From Eledone cirrhosa (Eukaryota): DNA of 64,000 bases. The stretch is taken from positions 18,166,001-18,230,000 of the forward strand of contig OZ024753.1 of the NCBI GenBank assembly GCA_964016885.1, written 5' to 3'. The notes beneath the pieces were generated by a model. It worked only from the letters and a program-made list of their open reading frames with translations, had not been told where the DNA came from and ran no database searches. Within the stretch, counting starts at the first letter, position 1; the number at the start of each line of letters is the position of its first letter. Shown here piece after piece: positions 1 through 12,686 of this stretch. A program made the translations under genes and the position numbers.

Positions 1-559
1 ATACATTAATACAATCATTTATTCATTCGTACCTACATACATAAATACATACATACATACATATATATATATTCATACATACACTTATACATGCACACAT
101 ACATACATAGATACATACATACATACAATTATTTATTCATTCGTACATACATACATAAATACATACATACACACATACATACACACATACATACAAACAT
201 CACTATATACTGTTCTTATATAAAACCAATAGAAATACGTATTCCTTCAACTCTTTGTAAATCTATTTTTTCAGGTTCTTACAAAATGCAAGGATATTTT
301 CAATCATTCGCGGACATTTCAAAAGTCAATTCGTCGAAGGAATGAAAGCCAGAGAGAAAGCGGTACATATAGTGATTGTATATAATAGAATCTTATATTT
401 GCTTTAAAAAAAAAAGGCAATTTTCATAAGACATAAAAGGAAATCGAAAAACCTGAAATATATTTTGAATCCTGATGGCTTCCATCAACATAAATCGGAC
501 CCAGAGACCTTATTTTTCCGAATATTTTCTTATATAGAACTGAAGTTAATTTTACATGG

Positions 560-628
<69 letters not shown>

Positions 629-796
629 CCGTATTTCCCGGCGTCGGAGACGCTTATTCCTCGAGGACGCACCCTAATTTTGACAACAACAAATTTGAAA
701 AAAAGAAAAAAACAACCTTCGGCCTCCAGGACGCATGGTAGAGTTTTGAGACTTATTTTAGGAAAAAAGTAGCGTCTTTGACGCCGGGAAATACGG
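629..796. mobile_element. Tc1/mariner-superfamily (pogo/Tigger-like) MITE
   Basis: ~26-bp TIRs CCGTATTTCCCGGCGTCggAGACGCT / AGCGTCTttGACGCCGGGAAATACGG, flanked by TA on both sides; no ORF. Confidence 0.8.
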
Positions 797-1726
797 TATA
801 TCATTTACTGATAATTATTTTCCGGTTTGAAAGATTGGATACCCAAAACCTTATCCAGACATATATACATTCAAAATATATATTGGTTCGAAACTAAATG
901 CTTCAAGCTTCCATTTAGGTCGAAATGGCATTCTATTGTGCGGGTTGTTGTATCCAAAAAAGAATATTTCATGGTAATGAACTGTCCCGAAGTTGTTTGC
1001 CGACGTTGAAATAGAAACCAATTTCACTAAGCTTACATTATTGTTATCCTGAAAAACGAAACGTATGTTTATTAAACGGTAGCGATATAGTGGAGCAGAC
1101 GCTCGGATATTTAAATTATTGTAAAAAGCAATAAATTCATAAATTTATATTGTTCAATGCTTCAGACAATGATCCTTCGTTGAAGAAAGGCAGAAAAGAA
1201 AGCAATGAAATATATCATGGACGCAGTATTACAGAATAGGTGATGGAAATTTGAAAAGTGAATACTTGTTTAACGAGAAAATGGAAATCATTCAGATAAT
1301 ATATTGAGATTCACCATAACAGATACGACGTTTCTAGAAACCAACTATTGTAAATATATAAACAACCATTGATAAATTGTTATTGTAGTTGTGGTTATTA
1401 TCACTCTCTCCTGAGAGCAGTTTAAATTATTCTTTGCATTATATATTCCTTTATATGCCACTAAGATTCCAGGAAAACAATTATGGTCTCCTAAATATAA
1501 AATGAGGGCCAAAAAGATTAAAATATGACAACAGTTTGAATCATATTATACAGCATTCATAAATTCATTATCAAATCTTGCGTTATCAAATCTTAAATGA
1601 ACATTAATTTGTGATTATGTATTGTAACACATGTAACCAATAAATGTTTATGTATATACGATATGTAAATAAAAGTGTTTCTCCGTTAATTTTGAAACAG
1701 AGCGTTCCAATTAAACAAATAACTTC

Positions 1727-1913
1727 TTCTACTTTTGGCACAAGGCCAGCAAATTCCCCAGTGCATTACTGGTACTTTATTTTATCGACCCTGTAAGGAT
1801 GAAAGGCAAAGTAAACCTCGGCGGGATTTGAACTCAGAATGGCAAGGACCGTAACTCTATGCGTCAAAACATGGCGTCCGACCCTCTACCGATACTGCCA
1901 ATCCATCGCCCTT
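1727..1913 (-). mobile_element. tRNA-derived SINE (octopod-type)
   Basis: Reverse complement of the consensus GGCGGTGGATTGGCAG..GAGTTCAAATCCCGCCGAGG..TTTGCCTTTCATCC..GTAGAA; 18-bp TSD TCCAATTAAACAAATAAC at 1706-1723 and 1919-1936. Confidence 0.88.
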
Positions 1914-2232
1914 AATTATCCAATTAAACAAATAACGGATGTTTGTACTTATTAAGGTTTACTGTAAGGTACTGAATATTTCACATATAACCTGTAACCA
2001 TATTTTAAAGACTGTGGAGAATGAGTGTGGCACGGTTGATTACAAGTCCAGAGACTGGGTTGCATGAAGCTTCAGATTAACCAATTATAATCCTTCAAAT
2101 ATTTGATGCTACAGACAATGGCAGATAGAACGCATGAGATCGTGCAAACAAACTCAAATAATTATATATATATACAGTCTAAATAATTATATATATATAT
2201 ATATATAGTAATAATAATACATTTGAAGACTA

Positions 2233-2295
<63 letters not shown>

Positions 2296-2484
2296 ATAAT
2301 GATAAATTTGAAGTATCATTTTAATAAATATATATATATATATATAATCAGAGCAATATATCATAAATCATATCCTTAGAATTATTAGATGAAATGTGGC
2401 TCAATGAAGAATTAATGAATAAAATAATCAGAACAATATATCATAAATCATGTCCTTAGAATTATTAGATAAAATATTTTATAA

Positions 2485-2675
2485 AGGGCGGTGGATTGGC
2501 AGTATCGGTAGAGGGTCGGACGCCATGCTTTCCAGCATAGTTACGTCCCTTTACGATCTAAGTTCAAATCATGCCGAGGTTAACTTTGTCTTTCATCCTT
2601 ACGGGGTCGATAAAATAAAGTACCTGTAATGAACTGGATAATTGCTGGCCTTGTGCCTAAAGTAGAAACAATTAT
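2485..2675 (+). mobile_element. tRNA-derived SINE
   Basis: A-box-like TGGCAGTATCGG, B-box-like GTTCAAATC, same body as the other copies. Confidence 0.88.
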
Positions 2676-2702
2676 TTAATTTATTAATTCTTCATTGAGC
2701 CA

Positions 2703-3498
2703 CATTTTATCTTATAATTCTAAGGACATGATTTATGATATATTGCTCTGATTAATAATTTATTAATTCTTCATTGAGCCACAACGTGACCGGTTACAAC
2801 TTATATATCTATGACTTTATGTATATGTAAATCTTTATATTTAATAATCTCCCGTTAGGTTGAGATACAATTGGGCGATATTGGGCTGCGCTTTCTAGCA
2901 ACAAGCCTACCCGCCCTAAGCAACTAATCACATTCTTTCTAAATTGACCACTGCCACGTCACGATTCTTAGCCATTTTTGAATCTATTTTTGGCGCGATC
3001 ACTTTGGAAAATTAAATCTCTAATTTTGAGTGTTCTCCTGATGAGTCTGTTACTCCAAATATCCTGATAATTGGATGTCTAAAAATACGGACGAAACCAT
3101 GGTAGAGATATAATTACGGTATGTACACATTTCTTCTAAGTTTGAATTTACACCTAATTATGTATTGTTGACGGTATATTTAGTCAGTTTCTACATGCTG
3201 TTGAAATGTTGGATAAATACTCTATTGGGGCCACCGCGAAGAGGCCGCTTTCGGTTATTTGTCGGAAATTTCTTCATAGCAGCCATTAATCTTATAGCCT
3301 GGTCTAATTTAATTTTTATATGGTTAATTATGCTAATTGGGAGAGGAAATGGTATATATTTTATCTAATAATTCTAAGGACATGATTTATGATATATTGC
3401 TCTGATTATTTAATTTATTAAATCTTCATTGAGCCACAAGTGACCGGTTGCAACATATATATCTATGACTTTATGTATATGTAAATCTTTATATTTTA
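2703..3498 (+). mobile_element. Non-coding partial-tandem element (unit ~654 bp) carrying a hammerhead; PLE pLTR or retrozyme-like
   Basis: ~135-bp direct repeat (about 2705-2842 vs 3359-3497); inverted fragments of the same repeat at 2345-2475; hammerhead at 3031-3110. Confidence 0.6.
3031..3110 (+). ncRNA. Type I hammerhead ribozyme
   Basis: TCTC-CTGATGA-GTCTGT..ACGGAC-GAAA-CCATGG-TA-GAGA: stem I, intact core, 6-bp stem II, palindromic stem III. Confidence 0.8.
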
Positions 3499-3595
3499 TA
3501 TATATATATATATACGGAGGTGTCATTTTTATCTAAAGACATAGTTTCCAATTTCACCCCGCCCGTCCGTTCAATCTATCTTATTTCTCATTCTT

Positions 3596-3630
3596 TCTTC
3601 CGATGAAGGACTAGCGGCCGAACGTTAAGA
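3596..3630 (+). ncRNA. Decayed hammerhead motif (pLTR fragment; related pieces at ~16735-16795 minus and ~44745-44827)
   Basis: TCTT-CCGATGA-A-GG..CC-GAA-CGTT-AAGA; one A of GAAA is missing. Confidence 0.45.
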
Positions 3631-3726
3631 CCCTCTTCCTGCTATTTCAAATGTTAACCTAATATATCCCTTCCATATACTGTACCGATTGTGCTGTTAT
3701 TTCTGTTTACCTTTTGCATACATATA

Positions 3727-3801
<75 letters not shown>

Positions 3802-4553
3802 TTATCTATCTATCTATCTCTCACTCTCTCTCTCTCTATATATATACATACATATATATTGGCGACTACTAACGGGGGTTAGTAGTCGCCAATAATCAGT
3901 GCAACCCCTGGTCACACAAATATCACGAAAACCACTCCGAGTAAATTCCACCTGAATAACAGCTCATTCAATTAGCGCTGAGTAAAAATAAATAAAAAAC
4001 ATCAAACAAAATAAAACAATTTTTTTTCATTCTTGTTTCTTCTTTCTTCATTTCTTATCAACTATTATGCAATTATACACCTGATGATATCACCGGGCTC
4101 ATGGATAACCTGGCCACTGAAATGTACAGTAATGTTCAGTAATAAAACTGAAAGGAATACATCCTGTCTGGCTTGCTTTCATTTTACTCTATAATATAAT
4201 TCAACGCCGTTCCCGCGCAACCAACATGATTCAACCTCATAGATTGATGAGTTGCGTAACGTCGAGTGCTTAAACAATATTACATCATGATTTACTTCGA
4301 GGAAAGACAAATACTACCCAGCAGTGAATCACCTTAATGTTGGATATTTAAAATAGGTGATTGTGCTGGTTTTATGTCTAGCACCACAATCATTGTCTTC
4401 ATCATTGTAAATGGTGTTATTGCTATTGTTGTTGTTGTCATGGCAGCCTTTGTTAGTGTTGACTATAGCTGTGGCGATAGCTCCCTCATCAAAGCAAGCC
4501 GCAAATCCTTAACCACCCTGTCATCTTCGCTAAGACTTACTGGTGCCAGTGTT

Positions 4554-4641
<88 letters not shown>

Positions 4642-4689
4642 TATATATATATATATATAAATATGTATATAAATATATATGTATATATC

Positions 4690-4822
4690 TGAAAAGATTC
4701 AGGACCCCGAAGTCCGAAGCTGAGCCGTCGGGGTCCTGAATCTTTTCATGTTACCCACTCTACTACCCAAAGTATCGAGTAATCTGGTGCGCTATGGTCC
4801 ACCTGGTATCTTACAACATCCT
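4690..4822 (+). repeat. Short hairpin-capped repeat family (GACCCC/GGGGTC), copy 1
   Basis: 21-bp perfect arms 4690-4748 followed by TTACCCACTCTACTACCC..TATGGTCCA; shared with copies at 19655, 22467 and 32170. Confidence 0.75.
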
Positions 4823-4866
4823 CTTTGTTCTCTCTTTCTGTCTGTCTGTCTCTCTCTCTCTCCCCC

Positions 4867-4933
<67 letters not shown>

Positions 4934-4934
<1 letters not shown>

Positions 4935-5048
4935 AGAGTGTCCCAAGAAATGTATACAAACTTTAAATAAAATATAAATATACTACCTGTGCAGGCACGA
5001 TTTATTAGAATGGTGTTAAAATATGTATACATTTTGGGGGAAACCCTC
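4934..5048. mobile_element. Mariner-type MITE
   Basis: TA-flanked imperfect TIRs CAGAGTGTCCCAAGAAATGTATACA / TGTATACATTTTGGGGGAAACCCTC. Confidence 0.6.
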
Positions 5049-5789
5049 TATATATATATGAATGTATCTGTATATATACATGAATGAATGTATATATATA
5101 TATATATATATATATATTCGCCTCAGTGGAATTTTGGGGGAGGAATCCCATAGGAGGACGTTGCTATTGTTGCTATTATAGATTACATTTCCAGTCGTAA
5201 ATACTAGCTGATAGCAATGTTATTCCTAAAACTGAGATCTCATGTTATGTTCTGGCTATATGGTATCCTTTCTGATTAAATAATTCGGAGTTACATAACG
5301 AAATCAGCTAAGAGTTTATCGATCACCATAGAATAGTTATTATTTGGTATGCTGTAAAATTTTGCTGCGACTGAGAAATGATTTTACTTGCACTATTGTA
5401 ATCCACTCGCCTAGGTTTCTAATATACTTTCCTTGTACATAATATTGTATTATTTTAGTTCTTTCAGGCAAAACACACGGAGCTTCAACAATATTCAGTA
5501 GATAATATCAAGTTCTTTCATTAACAATTGTTCGGTAAATATTAAAACTATTATGAGATGACTAAAACGCAAGCAGTTTTGTTAATCTTACCTAATGTCT
5601 TAGGATTTTATACGTTTCACATCTGAGACTAATATCTTTAGAATACAGTTAAATCTTAAGCTGTAATATGGAAAAAGCTCCAGCTTACAAGAATGATTCT
5701 CATTCCAGCAAGTTTTTGTATTAATGCTTGGAAATAAGATATTTTATTCAGTTTGATGGAGTATATCGGTAACAGTAACGCTATAATTT

Positions 5790-6057
5790 GTATAATATAA
5801 CAGTTTATTACATTCAATTCAGATGTTTCATTGCATAAGGATATGACATTTATTTCAAAATGGCTGCAGAATATACCTACATTTAGATCCATAAATTTCT
5901 TTTATGGGGATGTAACATAAAATAGTTCTGTTTCCTTTAATATGTATAAAAAGAAACAGCATTCTACCCGTTTCCTACAAAGGATCGGTACACATCAGAA
6001 CTTCCAATAAGTAACACAGCCAACTTTAATCAAAGCCATTACATTTCCCAAAACACA
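5790..6057. repeat. Dispersed repeat with an inverted diverged copy at ~15484-15740
   Basis: e.g. GGTACACATCAGAACT (~5987) vs AGTTCTGATGTGTACC (~15539); colinear over ~270 bp. Confidence 0.7.
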
Positions 6058-6254
6058 ATCCATTTTCATACATGATCACAAATAATTTCTGTCATATTCT
6101 TCGGATAGATAAATAACAAGACGCATTTATATAAAATAAAAATAAAAGTTATCGATTGACTTTCGTCAAATCGGACCGAGGAAACAATGTCTTGGCTGGT
6201 TTTCCCAATTGGTAATACTATCTATCAGTCAGAACTTTAGGTGGAAGGAGCAAC

Positions 6255-6365
6255 ATGAACTAACGGGCCTTGCACAAGGACATAACGCATCGCCCGGTCC
6301 AGGAATCGAACTGACAGCTTCACGATTGCGAATCCAGTTCTCTAACCAATCAGCCACACGTCTCT
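6255..6365 (-). mobile_element. Second tRNA-derived SINE family, 5' part (related copy ~47325-47430 +)
   Basis: Reverse complement reads GTGGCTGATTGGTTAG..GTTCGATTCCTGGACCGGG..TGTCCTTGTGCAAG (A/B boxes plus CORE-like segment). Confidence 0.65.
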
Positions 6366-6764
6366 CACTATATATGGGGTAATATACCACCCCAGTCAAG
6401 TCCACACTGGTTTTTTAACGATATAGCATGTGGACCAATACATCATGCGTGGCGAAACCTTGGACTTAGAACCAGCAGGCTCGTCTATCGCGAAGGCGTT
6501 CAACCCCTGAAACTAAAGGATCGAACGGACCACATCCGGCAACCACTGGCTATTAGATACACAGGTACATCTCCCAGAGAGTCCACGCAGATAATAGTGA
6601 ACCCCAGGTGATCTATGAACGTTTAAACATGACCAGCTGCGCCTGGAGCTATGCAGATGACTGCTTACGCCTAGTGGATATCGTGCCTGGAGCTGTGCAG
6701 GGGACTGCATAGGCAGAATGGATATCGCGCCCACACGGTCACCAGTAATGTTCATCCTGTTATA

Positions 6765-6940
6765 TTTTTGCAATAATTTTATGATAATTTTGTAATAATT
6801 TTGCGATAATTTTATGATAATTTGATAGTTTTGTAATGATTTTGTGGTAATTTTGTGATGATTTGATAATTTTGTAATGATTTTGTGGTAATTTTGTAAT
6901 GATTTGTAATAATTTTTAATCCTGTATCAATAATTTTAGA
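6765..6940. repeat. Degenerate minisatellite (TAATTTTGTRATGA-like units)
   Basis: Repeated 10-12-nt units. Confidence 0.7.
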
Positions 6941-7884
6941 ATGTTTTTTTGTGATAATACGGGGTTAGATCACTGAAGCTACCTTGTACCTTCTTAAAGA
7001 TACATTTTATGATTATTGTCTTTTTGCTTATGTATTTTCTTAGTTACCACTTTCTTTAATCTTTCCCAACTTGATAAACTCCTTGAATTGCTACATAATT
7101 AAATCGCTTAAATTGCTTAGATTATTGTACCTATTGTGCCTAAGTTGTATCTGTTGAAGCAGCCCTTTGAAAATTCCTCAGATATCCCAAATACCGTAAT
7201 TTTTAATTTTTAACTTTTAATGTATAATTTTCCTCAATTCGTTTTTATATTTATCCTCAAAGGCTCTCTAAAATTTTAATTCTTCGAAGGGTCTCTCGGA
7301 AGAAGTTCCTATTGGAAATAGTAAAGGGGCCTTTTCTGAGAGATTTATGGAAGGCTCTCTGAATTAACCTCTAATTGATTAGTTTCTTTCAACCTAGTTT
7401 TCAATTCAGTTTTCTGAATTTTGTAAACGTGATCTCGGGGGAAGAAGGTTTTTTTCTTTCGGAAAAAATTGTTTTCTCTAGAAGAAATTTCATAGGAACT
7501 CTATATATTTTTTAGGGAAACTTTATATTTTTATTTTTATTTTCTTATTTTATTAGCCTCTTAATTTTCTTCTAGACTAATAGGTGTATTGGAGCCTGTA
7601 AGCTTTATGCACTCATTGAGGGATTTTCTGAGGTGCTTCTACGGGACCCCAAGTCTCTTGGTTTAATGTTGATGCGTGAATTATGTATTTTTGTCTAATT
7701 TTTAAACTTCAATCCCTGATGCGTGAATTATATATTTTTGTCTAATTTTTAAACTTCAATCCCTGACCCCGACAACTAATATAAAAGAGCCCCCCTTAAA
7801 GCGGAGTTGCTGATGTGTACAACAATTTCAAACTGCTAGCCTTGAGTGATACGTTGATGTAAACAATGATCTTGCAATCACATG

Positions 7885-7940
7885 TTATATGCCTTGATAA
7901 GTCCCACCATGGGGTCGGACGAAACGGCTGTCGGCAATAA
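7885..7940 (+). ncRNA. Type I hammerhead with U3-A8 core variant
   Basis: TGCC-TTGATAA-GTCC..GGAC-GAAA-CGGCTG-TC-GGCA. Confidence 0.72.
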
Positions 7941-7980
7941 ACTTGTTATAATGTCATAATAGTTCCTTTGTTCTTTTTCA

Positions 7981-8024
<44 letters not shown>

Positions 8025-8150
8025 TTGTATTTAATTTGTTGGAATTCCGACAAACATAAATGTTTATAACTGATATAGAGTACCCAAAAGTTACTGGAGT
8101 AAATATTCCAAGATAATAATAAATGGAAACTATATTTATAAAACCATATT

Positions 8151-8215
8151 TATTTTATTATATATATTTCAAGGGAGACCAAGCAAACTTGGTGCGTTTT
8201 CATCAGATAAAATAC
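8151..8215 (-). ncRNA. Type I hammerhead ribozyme
   Basis: Reverse complement: TATTTTAT-CTGATGA-AA..ACCAAG tttg CTTGGT..TT-GAAA-TATATA-TA-ATAAAATA. Confidence 0.72.
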
Positions 8216-9179
8216 TAAATTTATTTTATAAATAATGACATACCCATGGAAATCACACCTAAACGTTCCGAAATTTCGCTGGATAGTGGAAACTTATTAG
8301 GGGTAATTCAAAGGTATGTGTGAATATGCAAATGAATGTATGAAAAATTGAAAAAAACAACTGTTTATTTAAATTATGCTGGGGGACGATGAGAAGAAAG
8401 AGAGAGCGAAAAAATTACTGTTATGAGATTTATAGAGAAATAGAGAGAAGAGAGAAATTTAACAGAGGATGAATTCATATAACGTAAATAAGTCTTAAGT
8501 TTATATTAAAGTTACGTAAATTATTTATATTAAGGTTACGTAAATTATTTTGTTGTTAGAATTCTAATATAATACAATATAATATTAAGTTTTATAGGTA
8601 TAAAGAAAAAATAGATATATAGAAAAAATAGATATATAGAAAAAGTAAATATATATAAAAATATAATAATATATATTGAAATATAAGAATATATATATTG
8701 AAGAATAAATTGAGAATGAATAGATATAAGTAGAACACAGATAGAATTATATAGATAGAAGAATAGATATATGATTAGAGGAATAGATATATGGGTATAT
8801 TCTGTTATACATAATTGTTTTAATAAGTTATGAGGGATACTGGTTTATATTTATATTTAGTGTAAGTAATTAAATTAACTGAGTTAATATGAATATTTAT
8901 ATGTTTTGAATATTTTAAATTGGGAAGATAGTGAAAATCACAATTTTGTTTATTTATTACTTAGTATGAAACCATTTTGACGAAGATATAAGTTTTGAAA
9001 GATATATTTAGCCAAAAATAGTTATTGGTTATATTAAAAAATATTTTTAAAATATAAAAAAAAAATTAAAAATATTAAAATATAAAAAAATATAAAAAAA
9101 TATAATATAAAAATATTAAAAGTTCTGGAAAAAATTCTGGAAAAAATTTCTGGAAAAAATATTAATTATAATAAGAAAC

Positions 9180-9920
9180 CTAACATACTCTAATAATAAT
9201 AGAAGGAATAGAACTAGAAATATAATTTGTTATGCACCTCCATTTTCACTAAGTATTAAAACACCTTTAGCTAAACTATTTTTTAAAGCTCTAGATAAAT
9301 GTTTTCCCAAAACCCATAGATACCATTCAATCTTTAATAGACATACAATAAAACTATCTTACTCTACTACTATGAACTTAGCACAAAATATAAATAGAAT
9401 CAATAATAGAAATCTAAACCATAACAAAAATAGCACTAATACCTCTAGCAATATCCAACTTAATAATACTGTTCCGAATAACATCACATCTGCTAAATGT
9501 AATTGTAGAATTAAACCAAATTGTTCTTTAAAAAATAAATGCGTAGATAAAAATGTCGTCTATAAATGCTCTATAAACTAATGATCATATATTCAACTAT
9601 GTAGGTTCTACTTCTACAGACTTCAAATCCCGTTTCAATAATCACAAATACTCCTTTAATAATATTGGTAAAAAATCTTCAACTTCTCTATCAAACATGA
9701 TATGGTAAATGATATCTAAAAATACAGACTATTCTTTAACTTGGGATGTAATTTCAAAGCACCTGCCTACAGAAAAAAAAAACAAAAAACAGCGTTATCT
9801 AGATTTTGCAAATTGTGTGTTGAGGAAATTTTCTTCATACTTAAATGTAAGAAGTCTATTAATATACGTATGAAATTTATTCAGTTCTTGTAAACATCGC
9901 CTAAAATATATATAAAATAT
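9180..9920 (+). pseudogene. Naiad-like PLE 3' remnant (linker plus GIY-YIG endonuclease), frameshifted
   Basis: Translates to ..APPFSLSIKT..LDKCFPKTHRYHSIFNRHTIKLSYSTT..CNCRIKPNCSLKNKCVDKNVVYKC..YVGST..FKSRFNNHK.. Confidence 0.8.
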
Positions 9921-11025
9921 AATTACACATATAATGTTTCTACATATTGTTCGATATATTCCACTGCCTATAATTTTCACTTATTAAAATTTCTTATATT
10001 ATATACATATATGATCATAAATTTTTTAAGTTTTAATTTTAACTTTAATGTTAATATTTTTATTTTTTATATTAACATTTCTTATATTATATACATATAT
10101 GATCATGCATCTTTATACATTTTAAAAATTTTAATTTTAACTTTAATTTTAATTTTAATATTTTTACTTATTTTTTACTTATTAAATCTTTATCCTTTAC
10201 TGCTTAATATTTTTTACATCTTTATTCTTTACTGCTTAAAGCTTTCATTTATTATTTTTACTTCCAAAATATGTCATTTATTTAAAAATTAGTTATTTCT
10301 TAAAAAATTATTCTATTAAAAAATTATTTTGTTTAATGATTAAAAAAATTTATTTAAATATTTTTAAAGAATTTTAAACATTTAAATAGTTTAAGTATTT
10401 TTTAAAAAGTATTTTTTTTTTGTATCTTTTGAGATTCTTAAAACATTTTAAAAACTTTTTTCCCCCGCTGTGACCCGTCTATTTCGTTCTTACTGCTTCC
10501 TCTTTTTCTGTATATTTACCCTCTCTAACAGTCACTCTCTCTGTTAACCTCTTCCCCACCCTTCACTCACTCCCTCTCTGTTACTACCTCTCTTCCTCCT
10601 CCTTCTTCCCGTTTGACCTGTGCGTAATTCTTTTCTTTCGCACGCTTGGTCAGGCTGGTTCGCCTTTTTTTCTCTCTCTCGTCTACGATTTCACAGAACT
10701 TATGTTCACCGAATTCACAGACTAGATTCCTTCTTCCTCCCGTTAGACCTGTACGGAATTCCTTCCTTGCTCCCATTCCAACCAGGTTTGATGGTCTTTA
10801 TTCTCTCTCGTTCACGATTTCACCGAAGGAAATTTGGGACTTGACTCGTTCTTCCTCACTTTTCGTTGCTTCACCATCTTTGTTTGTTTACACTCTCGTG
10901 TCCCCTTTATTTACGTGTCCCAACGACATTTTTTAGCCGTTGCTCGCACCAACCGGAGGTATATGGTTTTAAAGCGATGAAATACCAATGATGGTTGGAA
11001 GATCACTGATGAAGGACTAACTTTA

Positions 11026-11086
<61 letters not shown>

Positions 11087-11406
11087 TACATATATAAATA
11101 TATATACATATATAAATATATATTCACCGAGAATCGTATTTCGGCTGGTAGAAAATGCGAAACGAAATGTAAAATCGTAGAAATGCTGGCAAGCGCTCCA
11201 ATAGTTAAGAAAACTAGAGCTAAACAATATGTTAAACTATCTTAGTATCGTGAAGAGTAGAGGCTTAAAGGGATAAGCGATACATATAGTTAGTTGCCAA
11301 ACGCTGGTGCATTTGTGCTCAACACTTGTGCCTACAGGGTTAAATATCGGAAGCGTTAATATTTAACTGGCGAGAATATAAGCAGAGCGGTTACAAATGA
11401 AAGGAT

Positions 11407-11591
<185 letters not shown>

Positions 11592-11733
11592 GTATATACA
11601 TATATTAGAAAGTGAGGTTTTTTTTACAAAATGAAAATTAACCGAAGTGTCCTACACGAGTGAATGTATAAGAAAAGAAGATGAAATCGAAAATGCAACT
11701 GGAGTCTTTTTCTTTTAAATATATATTTATTTG

Positions 11734-11779
11734 GTTCCTTTACCGGTTTCGCAGTTCTTCTGCTTTTCAAAAGTAGAAC
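11734..11779 (-). ncRNA. Type I hammerhead with U3-A8 core variant
   Basis: Reverse complement: GTTC-ta-CTT-TTGAAAA-GCAG aagaa CTGC-GAAA-CCGG-TA-AAG-GAAC. Confidence 0.72.
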
Positions 11780-11834
11780 TGAGATGGAGCGTCTGTGGTT
11801 TTTCTATATATACCAATACATTTATATATATATA

Positions 11835-12680
11835 TATAGGATATCCAGAAGCGGTAGCTCCTTTTTATTACATTCCCTGGTAAATTTTATTGCTTCCTGA
11901 ATATTGTTTATGATGGAATTGAATCTTTGGAGGGCATCTTGGCTTCTATTCCAGAAGATGAAGCAGTCGTCTAGTTTCCAGTTGTGATTAATGTAGCGGG
12001 TGAAGCCATGACTGAATGTTTCCTGCAGTTGGGAATGTAATGTTGGCTCTAGGTGACCCATAACGAGTGTTGTATATGTTGGGTCCGCTTTGGTGCGCAT
12101 GGCCGTTCCTTTTATTTGTAAATACAATTGGTTATCAAAGAGGAAGTGGTTGTTTTCTAATACTAATTTGAGTCCTTCCAAAATAAATGTTTTGGATAAT
12201 CTCTCTGAAATGTAGTCTGGGTGTTTTGTAATTCAGAGGTCAACAGCTTCAAATCCTAAGTCATGTGGGATGCTAGTATATTAGTTTGTTACGTCAAAGC
12301 TGACTATGATTGTTTCTTGGTGTACTTTCCTGGTGTAGTTCAGGAATTCCATATCAACTCTGATGAAGCTTGGCACATTTTTGACATAAGGGTTTCGGTA
12401 TGATGTCTAATAGGCTGCTTAGACGTTGTGTACTTGACGCTGGACAGGCAACAATTGAGCGTAATTTTAAATATATCGGTTTTGGTACTTCAAATTATGA
12501 AGTATTTTTGCCTTGTATGTTGTTTTGGATTTGTCTGGATTTGTGAACTTTCAGCAATCCATAAAAATTGCTAGTTTTCATTTCGTAGTTGGTTAAGCAA
12601 TTGATTTCTTTTAGCGTGAGGTTATTTTGGTACTTGCTCGACAGTTTGCCTACTTTAATCATCGATTTTCTTTCTTGGTT
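11835..12680 (-). pseudogene. PLE reverse transcriptase fragment (inverted 5' part)
   Basis: YLQIKGTAMRTKADPTYTTLVMGHLE..DDCFIFW..KFT..ELPLLDI; upstream FYGLLKVHK and SFDVTN motifs with stops. Confidence 0.85.
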
Positions 12681-12686
12681 TTAGCT

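Noticed and set aside
2485-2575. tRNA genes
   Set aside because: A/B boxes belong to SINE heads; no full cloverleaf, and each is followed by the SINE body.
2345-2790. CRISPR-like repeats
   Set aside because: Eukaryotic context; ~80-bp tandem and inverted duplications without unique spacers or cas genes.
4072-4135. CTGATGA..GAAA-TGTACA hammerhead candidate
   Set aside because: Stem I and the base of stem II do not pair convincingly; at most a heavily decayed copy.
11000-11030. CTGATGAAGG at the end of the 9-11 kb PLE remnant
   Set aside because: Truncated by (TA)n with no GAAA half.
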